Part shown: piece by piece, positions 42,901 to 54,900 of the stretch
Position numbering within the stretch: the stretch's first letter is position 1
Layout: every line of letters begins with the position of its first letter
Assembly: GCA_038087875.1 (NCBI GenBank)
Contig: CM075990.1
Location: 6,324,001-6,388,000, forward strand
DNA from: Malacoraja senta
Taxonomy: Eukaryota
Direction: 5' to 3'
Length of the DNA stretch: 64,000 nt
The notes under the pieces: generated by a model
The model's database searches: none
What the model saw: only the letters and a program-made list of their open reading frames with translations
What the model was told of the DNA's origin: nothing
Translations under genes and position numbers: made by a program

Positions 42901-45900
42901 GAGTCTTTGATTATGAAAAGATTTGCATTCTGATGATGTGGTTTAAAAAATTGGGCATAAATTTTCTGGAGCCTGTTTTTATAAAACAAGTTTTAGAATA
43001 TTGTCATGCCTACTATCCAGCTGGTCTCAGAATCATGTGCAACTGCTGGTTAAAGTAACCGCTGACCAAATCCGGCTAAACATAACAAAATATTGTACCT
43101 TGCATTTTACACAAGTCCAGGAGTAATAAAGGCCATGATGTCATTTGCCTTCTCAATTAAGAGCTGCATCTGCATGTTACCCTTTAAGTTTAATGCACAC
43201 AAAAACTCCATAATCTCTCGCAATGCCATTAATTTGCAGTTTTTCTTCATTTAGATCAGTCTATCTTTTGATTCCTCCGAGCAAAATGCTGAATTCACAC
43301 ATTAACTTTATTTTGCAGGCTTTTGCCCAGTCACTTAACCTATCTATATTGTGTTGTAGAATCCAAATATCATCATCACAGCATGCCCTCTCAATTATTT
43401 CCATGTTAACAGTAAATACATTAGGAAAAACTGGACAGCCTCTAGGAAAGTAAAAGCAGATTTGATTGAAGCATAAAAGTTCCTGAGGACTCTTGACAGA
43501 GTTTATGTAGAGAAGATGTTTCTTCTTGTTAGAGAATCTAGAAATATGGGATATTGTTTAAAAATAAATCCGTGCTCAGTGACATTTTTCTCTTAGAGCA
43601 TTGTGAGTCTTTAATGATTTTATTTCCACAAAGACTGGTGCACGTGTAGTTTTGGGATATTTTAAGTTGAGAATTATTAGATAAATAAAGGCAGGGGGTA
43701 TGTTTATATTTATATGTTTGGATTATAACCTCAGACCCCCTGCTAGACATATCAGAGTTGTGCAAACAGCTTCCCAATGATACACATACTCAAGAACCAG
43801 ACACAACCTTTGCACAGAATTTCAGATCACTGTAATATCAAGTTAAGTAACTATACCCTTCTAAACACGTACAAAGAATTCCAATCAGATGAAGTAATTC
43901 ATGGTGCCTACATATATCAGTGAAGTGATAATTGTTATTTTTGTAAGAGTTACAGGTTTTGTCATTTTCCTGTCAAAGTGACGTTGGATGAATTACACAT
44001 CTTCTAGTTGGTAATGGAGAACTCTTGGAGTAAGGAGCCACATATGAAATGGATCAAGAAGGATCTTGATCCTTCATTTCAACTTCATGGTTTACATAAA
44101 AATAACACATTTATCCATAATCAATGTCCAGAAATATTATTCTACCGATCCATAGAAGAGTTAGCAACTAGCCATGACATTATCTTTGTGAAGCCACAAT
44201 TCCTACACTTTAGAGAAAAGCAGGTTCACAATGCAAAAGATTGATAATGAAGTAATCCAACTTCTTTCTTCATTGATGACCTCATTGAGAATGTACTGAT
44301 AGTAAATGAGTTTACCACTATCCAATTTTATTGTAGTAATATTTCTACCATTTTCTGTTTGGCTCATGCTTGGATTTCAGAATTTCTTTCCTTTGAACCT
44401 TTACTTGATTCTAAAATATTGGCAGAGAATAAATGTTCTTTTTTTATATACAGATGGCAGCTTAAACTTCAAAGAACATATTTTGTATCATTTATGCAAG
44501 AAAATATATATCACTCTTCTCAACAAGGGAAAGTGTAACGCACAATGCAGAAGATAATTGAATGCATAAATCTTGTTACTCAACAGTGCTTCAAAATTGT
44601 TTCTTTAATTTTTGAAAATTATGAGCACATCTGCACAATCTAATATATTCCAGTGGAAGAGTCTATAACTAAGGACTATTGCCTCGAGATAGAGAATGTC
44701 ATTTAGGGTCAAGTGGAGGATAACTTTATTTTTATAGTAACTGCAATTCTCCATCTCAGAGGGCTGTGAATGTAATGCATATATTCAATGCTGAGATTAA
44801 TAGGTTTTTGGACATTAAATGATTCTGAGGTTATGGTGATTGGGCAAGAATGTGCTTGAGGTCAAAGGTCAATTTTGATCGAACCGATTCGGGGTATGGC
44901 CTTGAATCCTTGTGATCTTTATGATGGAACCAAGGTTTTCCAGAGAAGTTCACAAATTCAGTTCATATGAACTCCAAAACCATCAGCAGCTAAAGGTCCA
45001 ATTCTTAGCTGTTGACTACTGCATGCCTATATCTTTGCATACCTCTCAGGCTGAGCACATACATGTAAAACCTTTCCTTCCTGAAAATATCTAACAAAGG
45101 TTAACTTTGTGTAGCTGGTTTTGCTGAATGTGACCCATGCTTACAAAAGAAGTCTAAGAACTGAAGTTTCTATTTCTGAAAGAACTAAAAACCAGACCGA
45201 ACATGAATATATTTTTTTAAATCAACAGAAAAAAATATTTGTGCTGCAAATAGACGCACACGGGGAAAGAGATACTAAATAAGAACCACACAGAGTAAAC
45301 AAGTTTCCATTATCTTTACATTTCCATGCTTAGACAACTTCTCCCAAGCTTTTTCACTGAACCATGCATTGACTATCGCCTGAGTAATTTACCCATAACC
45401 TAGGCCCATAATTATTTTGACAGTAAAATGCTCCATCTTTATGAATGTACTTTTTTTAGCAGTAAAATGTTTGAAGGTTTACTACTTCCTCATGATGTGT
45501 TGACAAATATATTATCATTGATATAATAAATTCAATTGATTTTTGTTATTTTACATATTTACACAAAAAAATCAAATATTGTCAAATTAGATAAATAGTA
45601 AATGGTCATTCAGAACTTCAGAATCGGCAAGGTTTGCCATGTTTGCAGAAATATTCTATTTCTACGGATTTCCTTCCATGCAGGCTGAGGTACATTCTAG
45701 CCAAATAACAGGCTTATGACAATGCTCTAAATTTGCTAATCAAAACATACAATTAGTAAAACAACTAACTAAAAGCAACCACTATAAATGTCTGATTTCA
45801 TTCTCACCCAACATTTAGAAATATGGGAGTGAATTTCCTCTGGACTTGTCTTGATCTGTTGCTGCAACATTGTAGAAATTCACCCCTCTCACATTCTAAT

Positions 45901-48900
45901 AGGAGTTACTCTTTTGCAATTTTGGCATTTATTTTCCTAAAGGACTAAGGCCAATATGGCACATTGCCCTTGTAATGTTGCATTCTTTAGACTTAAGAGA
46001 TACAGCATGGAAACAGGCCCTTCGGCCCACTGTCCACGCAACCAGCGATCACCTCATACACTAGTCACTCTACTGTAGGCCACATTTAGCCATGTAGGGT
46101 CTACAGTGCAACACCCCTGTGCATGCTGTCTTCCACAGGTCTGGCTGGTTACAACTGAGCCACTTTAGCAGTTTTCACTGAAGCAAATAATAAAGACAGG
46201 GTCCGTTCCCCAGTGGCAATTGCCTTCTAAAAAGTGGACAGGAACTCTGCTACTTAATAATTGCTGAAAGCAGCGGGGAGCTGGTGGAACTGCTCCTCCC
46301 TGGTCTTCAGGGAGTTTCCACGAGTCTCTTTACTGGGAGACGAGCTGAACACCAAAACACTTTGCCCTTGTAAACGAACAAGTGAAACGTAATAAAATCA
46401 TGTACTCAATTAATTATTTCAATGAATATCAATGTTATGTATGTTTAAAAGTGAAACAGCTAAGTTCTTTGATTTAAATTACAACTTCTGATATTTCTAA
46501 AATATCCACCAACCAAGCAGGATACGACTAGACAAAATGGCCAGGCAGGGGAAATAGATGCGAGTTCAGTGAATCCTTTCTTTGTACTGCCTGGCGGTTT
46601 CCAAGAAACACAGGTTCAAAGTGGCCAGTTTTTCATAGCCTGTTGCTGAACTCAACCTACTTTGTCACAGGGGATTCATTTACTCTGCCATAAATGTACA
46701 TAAAATGTTTCAACATGCTGGGATTGATTCTGCCATATTCTAGTAAACAATCTGGTATATATAATTCCACAAACAAAAACTGCTGGAAAGCATAGCAAGT
46801 TGTTAATTTCTGAATGTTTCAGACAGTTAATGTTTCAGACAAACTATGTCAACAAAATTAAATTCTATTCATTTAATAAATTACTGTAAATAGACACAAA
46901 ATGCTGGAGTAATCAACGGGACAGGCAGCATCTCTGGAGAGAAGGAATGGATAACGTTTCAGGTCGAGAATTACCGTGTTTTATTCACCACAGGCATTTT
47001 CCTGTACTTTCTTCACGTCATCAATTGTCCTCTACAAAATTGAAAATTATAATATTTTTGTTTTAATTTATTTTTAATTTTAAGAATTAAATTTGAGATC
47101 CAGATATGCTAAGCTGTTTTAGCGTCCCTCTGACATTTTGTCGGCTCACAATGTTTGTTTCTCTACCACTCAGTACCAGGCTCACTTCATACAATATTAT
47201 ACTCTTATTATTGGGGGTATCAATCGTTCTTAACGGCAGTTCCAGTAGCAAAATGTGCCTCTCATATATTATCAGTAGCCCTTTCTTAATATGAAGTTTC
47301 ACCCTCTCTCACACTGTGCAAATGCCAGGGTTTGTTCCTTGTGGATACATACAATACCAGAGTCAGTCTCATTATCAACTCTTTCACTGTTTCATACATT
47401 CACTGAATGTTATTGCAGCTCTCCCAATGGCAACGAAACTTACAGAATAATGAAAGGCATAGATAGAGTGGATGTGGAAATGATGTTTCCACTGGTGGGA
47501 GAGTCAAGTTCAAGTGAGTTTATTGTCATGTGTCCCTGATAGGACAATGAAATTCTTGCTTTGCATCAGCACAACAGAACGAGTCTAGGACCAGAGTTCA
47601 TAGCCTCAGAATTAAATAGCGCTCTTTTAGAAAGGAGGTGAGGAGGAACTTCTTTCATCAGAGGGTAGTTAATCTGAGGAACTCATTGCCACAGAGGGCT
47701 GTGGAGGCCAAGTCAGTTGATGTTTTTAAGGCAGGGACAAATTCTTGATTAGAACGGGTTTCAAGGGTTATGGAAAAAAGCAGGAAAATAGGATTAAAAG
47801 GCAGAGATCAGCCATGATTGAATGGCGGAGTAGACTCGTTGGGCCGAATGGCCTAATTCTACTCCTGTAATTTGTGAACGTGAACGATACCTCACAGTTA
47901 TGCAGGGGGTCTGAATTCACTCCAGAATAAGAATGCATAATCGCAGCAACATCTCAGGGCAACACTGCTTGTTGCCAAAAGTTAAGCCTGTGGAACACAT
48001 TTTAAGATAAGCCCCAATCCAGTAGTTCAGGGGCATGTCAAATTGCCTTGATGAAATCCAAACAAGCCTGGATTTTATTTCACTTTTTCTATTTGCTAGC
48101 TGAGAACAACGACGATTTCACAAAGTAATTACATAAACACAAAGCATTTTGAGATGTTTCTGAAAGGTGTGATAATATGCAGTTTAAATTCATGTCATTT
48201 ATCTTTTCAGTACCATGATTCTCCAAATAAAATACTCAAAATGCTGGAGTAACTCAGCGGGTCAGGCAGCGTCTCCGGAGAAATGGAATAGGTGACGTTT
48301 CGGGTCGAGACCCTTCTTCAGACTGAGCGTCAAAGGAGAGGGAAACTAGAGGAATGAAAAGGTGATGAATAAATCAGAGCTGACACCAATGACCAAGGAA
48401 ATGGTTCATTGCTGGCTGTGGAAAAAGTGATAATGAAGGGACGTATGAACGCAAACAGTGGAACTAGCAGGATGACTAGGATAGGGGAGGGGCAGAGAGA
48501 GGGATTTTCACTCACTTTCTCTCACAGCTGATATCACTCAGATACAGAGCGTCTCCCCACAGTATCTTTCACCAAGTCCATGTTGTCTCCTATCTGATGT
48601 TAAATTCAATCATTCATTATTAGTTTACTAACTTGGAGTTTCCACCCTTGTTGCTTTTCTCAGTCAGTTTTTTTAAAATTGGTTTATATGAAGATCACTG
48701 GCAAATCTACTGTCTTTATCCACATGTGCTTCTAAGGAGGAAGTGGTGGTGAAGCACTTCTTTAACAACTACATTCTTGCTGAATATGGTATTCTCCAAA
48801 TGCTACTGGACAGGGAATTTAAGTATTTAGACTCAGCAAAGAATGAAAGTTAGAATCATGCTTGACTTGAAGAGGAGTATAGTGGCATTCTGATGAGTTT

Positions 48901-51900
48901 GTGCTTCTGAACCTTTTTCCCAGTTGTCAGAGGTTATGGGTTTGTGTGGTGCTGCCAAAGAATTGGGGCCACTTTTTCCTGCTCACATAAAGAGATGTAC
49001 AAGATACACATTCATAGTCATGGTTGAACCATTCACTTACTGCCTTTCTCACTTAGACAAGTGACCATCTTACTCAATATTAGTACGAATGTTTTTCATC
49101 CTGTGCTCATGGCTCAGTTGCTTATTCAGTAACAGTGTCTGAATTTTCACACTATAATTCTTATTCATAAAGTCCATTTGAGTGAGAAACATTCACTGAT
49201 TTCATATCACTATACTTTCAATGTCACCAAAATCTAATATCTTTCATTCAGTGTTGTGAATCTCTTTCCTCAGGTCAATGAATATGTTCTTGCGTAATTA
49301 GATCTCTTACCTAATAACAGCGGCAATTATTATTGCAGCATTTTTCACTCGGTACAAGTAAAACATATCCGATGCTAACATCTCACTCAGAGTCAATGTC
49401 TTTGTACTCGTCTTCAATGCCACTATTTAATGCTGGTGCCTCTCAGTCATGCCGCTCCCACTATGTTTTTTGATCTCATTGATAATGAAAAACAGCAACA
49501 TATTCCTGAGTCTTTCATTGAGTGCCAGTCTTTTGCCTTAGTGCTAATGCCTCTCTTGTTAAATGTAGGCCTCTCATTGTTCTTGTTATTCAAAGGTTCA
49601 ATGTCAGTTTCTTGTCACGTGTACCAATTAAGGTACAGTGAAACTCAAATTCTATTCTATTCCATAAAGACAAAAAATACACTTACTTTCAATGTAAAGC
49701 AATTGCTTTGTTTTATTATTGGATGAACTACTTGCATTTGTTCATGGCATATCTTTGGACCATGTTGTTTCTTCTAATATGGTCCAAATCTCAGTCTTCT
49801 ACGGGAGTTCAGATCTCAGTTGATTAGATAAGAGGTCAGCTCTCATCTGACTGGCAAAACATAGCATAGTGCAGGGATTTTCTGATCATGTGGCCAAATT
49901 TGCCCTGTCAATTACCTAAGAAGTTGGTGATGGACTTCCCTCAGCCTCATCACTGCCAGACTTTTCCAGCGGTCAACAGCATCACAGAATAGTGTGAAGT
50001 TATTGTAACTTAAATAGGAGCTAAGAGGTCCTTCTGCAGTTGTACAGAGCCCTAGTGAGACCACACCAGGAGTATTGTGTGCAGTTTTGGTCCCCTAATT
50101 TGAGGAAGGACATTCTTGCTATTGAGGGAGTGCAGCGTGGGTTTACAAGGTTAATTCCCGGGATGGCGGGACTGTCATATGCTGAGAGAATGGAGCAGCT
50201 GGGCTTGTACACTCTGAAGTTTAGAAGGATGAGAGGGCATCTCATTGAAACATATAAGATTGTTAAGGGTTTTGACACGCTAGAGGCGGGAAACATGTTC
50301 CCGATGTTAGGGGAGTCCAGAACCAGGGGCCACCGTTTAAGAATAAGGAGCAAGCCATTTTGAACGGAGACGAGGAAACACTTTTTCTCACAGAGAGTAG
50401 TGAATCTGTGGAATTCTCTGCCTCAGAGGGCGGTGGAGGCAGGTTCTCTGGATGCTTTCAAGAGATAGATAGATAGGGCTCTTAAAAATAGCGGAGTCAG
50501 GATATATGGGGAGAAGGCAGGAACGGGGTACTGATTGGGGATGCTCAGCCATGATCACATTGAATGGCGGTGCTGGCTCGATGGGCCGAATGGCCTACTC
50601 CTGCACCTATTGTCTATTGTCTAACTTAACATAGTACTGTAATTGTACCTGTAATTGTAATTGTATGTCCCTAGGAAGCCCAGAGACTCAACACATGCTG
50701 GGATAATGATTTGTATCCTGCAACTGAGGGGAAAATGATCCTATAGAAGAAATTAATGAAGCAGTGGAAACCAAATGACAGGTGGTAAGCTGTAAAAGCA
50801 ATACAAATATTGTACTGATTAACTTCTCAGTACATCAGGTAGGTAGACAAGCAGACAAAGAAGTTCCTGAGTTTAGTCTCTAATTTTCAATGATTTTAGT
50901 GAGGTGACCCGCACCTGAATAGTTTTCAGCAGCCCTTGCTACAAGTTTGCTTATTCAGATGTTAGATTAGGACAAGACTGGGCTTGATTAGATGAGTGAT
51001 AAAATGTGATCAAAGAGGAAAAATGCTCTTTTTCAGACCCTGTTCCACATCAAAAATCTGTGTGTAAATTTGATAGATGCTGCAGAGGAACAAGGCACCT
51101 GCCTACCTTCCAGCACTCCAGGTGCATTGATTTAAGCAAGTACTGGTAGGAATTATGAGGTGGGGGGTGGTTGTTTGTAACAATGCAGGGGAAGGGAAGT
51201 TAGTGCTGGAATGCTGAGCTATGGGGAGAATTTATTGTGCCAGTGCAAGCACTCTGGGGGTAAGCCTGCAGTGAATTGGAAGATTACCACTCCAGTTTAG
51301 GTGCATGTCAAAACCTGATTGGCGACTTTCTGAACAGAGAAGGGAGTAAGCGCTGTAAATTAACTACAGGTATAACTTCAGAAGATCTATCCCGATGTGA
51401 CATATTCAGAGCCAGTTTTTCAGCCTTCGATTACCAAAACATTTATTGCCTTGGATTATTGAAACTTTTATTGACTTCCAGAAATTCTGGCTCTTGTGTT
51501 TTAGGTTTTGTACCAGTGCCAATGATGTTTTTCCAGAGTCAATGCTCCTCACTCATAACTGGACAATCCATCACTCTGTACCAGGAGATCACTATCAGTG
51601 CCAGTCTCCTTCTGTGTATCTCTCATTTATGACAACCTTTCACCATATCTCAGCGGCTCCAATCCAAATGCATTTCACCCTCAGTAAGACATTCTTAACC
51701 AATTAATATTTAACTGTCCTTCATCTAGTCCTCTTTAAATCGTTGGCATTGCCTACACGGACTTAGGTTTTCTTATCAGGTTTAATCTTATCACCTACCA
51801 TCGTCAATCTCATTGAGTTTTTCCTCAAACAACACCTGAAACTTGCATTAACGCAAGCTCATCTCCCAACTATTGTCAAAGTGGTTCTTCTTCATTTCAG

Positions 51901-54900
51901 TCTGAAGAAGGATCTCGACCCGAAATGTCACCAATTCCTTCGCTCCATAGATGCTGCCTCACCCGCTGAGTTTCTCCAGCATTTGTATCTACCTTCTTCA
52001 TTTGCAGTAGCTTTGGCATCAAATGTCATTCCTTTTCTCCCCAGAAACTGCGCCTCTACGCTTCAGGAATAATAGTTCTTTTTCCAAGCCAGGATTTTTA
52101 ACTTAAGTACCAGCAAATCAAACTTGGCTAATAAAGTACGATAATGATTATGATTACATCCTTTATCCTGTGACAGCATCTCACTGCTCAGTAATTGCCC
52201 TGTAGTGATGGTCTCTCCTACCATGCTGAGCGTCCCCATTATGGTGACGTCTTACTTACTAACAATACTCCTCAAAGTACTGTGTGTGAAGGAACTGCAG
52301 ATGCTGGTTTAAACCAAAGATAGATGCAAAATGCTGGATTAACTCAGCGGGACAGGCTGCATCTCTGGAGAGAAGGAATGGGTGATGACCCGAAATGTCA
52401 TCCATTCCTTCTCTCCAGAGGTGCTGCCTGTCCCGCTTAGTTACTCCGGCATTTTGTGTCTATCTCCTCAAAGTACCATTCATCCAGTGTCACTCCCTGC
52501 ATCTCTCATCCAAAAGTGGCATTTCTCACCCAGTGTAATATTTCTCATGCACTGCCAGTGTTTCTTATTTATTCCTTGTATTATTTCGCTCACTAGTACA
52601 AGATAAAAGGCAATAAAGAATAATTGAAAGATACTTGGATTAGGCAGAAACACTGGCACTGGGTGAAATACAGGCAGTGAGTTATACCAGCAGTGACAGA
52701 GGTACTGGCATTGAGTGAGAGGTGCTGCCAGTGACTGAGATGTTACTGGGTGGTTGAGAAAATCCAACAATAGAGAAGAGACACTAGTACTGAATGTGAA
52801 ACATTTCCAGTGGAATGAAAGATACTAACTTTGGGAGTGAGGAACACCAATGGCTGAGAGATATTATAATGAAGAATAACACCAGCGAGTGAGTGTCGCT
52901 TCAGTGTTGAGAGACACTGGGAGTGGATGAGAAAAATTGCCAGTGGATGAGAGATAGAGGCACTGTTATAAAAATAAAAGTTTAATGTAATCATAACTGA
53001 CACCCTGTTGTTGGGCCTGTGCCAGTGGATTTGTCATGCGCAAATGATCTTTCTCACCCTGTATTTCTCAGCCATTAGTGGTGCCTCTTTTATATTGTCA
53101 GAGTTTCATTCACCAACATTGCTTCTCACTCACTGACAGCTTCAGAGCCTCTGTCAGTGTTCCGCATTCACTCAACGTTTTTATTTCAGCTACTGGTGGT
53201 TCTGCTCACCCAATGCATGTCTCAGTTACTGGAGATGTTTCACACAGTGCCAGTACATCTTAGTCATTGGTAAAGTTTTCAGCTAGTGCCAGTATCTCAA
53301 TCTCTCATGTTTTTTTCTTATGCACTGCCAATAACTCTCCGAACTGGTGATATTTTTCTCACGTTGCCACAATCTCAGTCTCTGCCCATGTTTTTCACAC
53401 AGATTCAGTACCTCTCATGGGTTGATAGCATTTCTCATTAAGCCACTATCGTAACCCTATTTATAATGCCTTTCTCAATGATGCCCTCTCTACATTTGTT
53501 AGTGGTTCTCATCTCATGGCAACAGCTCAGGAACTGGATCTATGCCTCACTCAGCACAAGTATCTCTGGTTATTTTGCTTACCCACAGTCAATAACTCTT
53601 AATTAATGGTCTTTCTTACCAGTCAGTATGTGAACCGCTTCTCACTCAGTGCCAGAGATTCTCACCCAGTGCCAGTGTCTCTCATCCAGTGGCAGATATT
53701 CTGTCAGTGCCAGTGGTTTTCATCCAATGCCAGAGATTCTCACCCTATGCTGGTGTTTCCCATCCAGTGGCAGTGATTCTTGCAAAGCGCCAGCATTCCC
53801 CACCCAGTGCTGGTACTTCCACCAGTGCCCGTGCTTCCTACTCTCTGCATTTTTGTTTCATACCAAATACCTTGTTTTTCACCCAATCCCAAAGCTCATT
53901 CCCCAGCACACGTGGCTCACGTTCAGTGCCAGTGTATCTCACTCAGCACCAGTGTATTTCACCCAGTGCCAGCGTTTCATGCCCAGCAGCAGTGATTATT
54001 ACTCAGTGCCAGTGTTTCACACCCAGTGCCAGTGTCTCACACCTAACACCAGTGTTCCACACCCAGTTGCTGTTTCACACACAGTGGCTATGTTTCACAC
54101 CCAGTGCATCAAACCTGGTGTAAGTGTTTCTCTCCTGGTGCTAGTGTTTCACACCCCAGCATCAGTGTTTCACACCCAGTGCCAATAGCTCAAACCTGGT
54201 GCCGGTCTCAAACCCAGTGGCAATGTTTCACTCCCACTATTTCACACCCAACGTGCGCTTCACACCCAATGCCAATATTTCACACCCAATACCAGTATTT
54301 CACACCCAGTGTGCGCTTCACACCCAGCGCCAGTGTTCCATACCCAGCGCCAGTGTTCCACACCCAGCGCCAGTGTTTCATACCCAGCGCCAGTGTTTCA
54401 TACATAGTGCCGGTGTTCCACACCCAGCGCCAGTGTTTCATACCCAGTGCGTTTCATACCCAGCGCCAGTGTTTCATACATAGTGCCGGTGTTCCACACC
54501 CAGCGCCAGTGTTTCATACCCAGTGCGTTTCATACCCAGCGCCAGTGTTTCATACATAGAGCCAGTGTTCCACACCCAGCGCCAGTGTTTTCATACCCAG
54601 CGCCAGTGTTTCATACCCAGTGCGTTTCATACCCAGTGCCAGTGATCCACACCCAGTGCCAGTGTTTCATACCCAGCGCCAGTGTTTCATACCCAGTGCG
54701 TTTCATACCCAGTGCCAGTGATCCACACCCAGTGCCAGTGTTCCATACCCAGCGCCAGTATTCCATACCCAGTACCAGTGATCCATACCCAGTGGCAGTG
54801 TTCCATACCCAGCGGCAGTGTTTCATACCCAGCGCCAGTGTTCCATACCCAGTGCCAGTGTTCCATACCCAGTGCCAGTGTTCCATACCCAGTACCAGTT

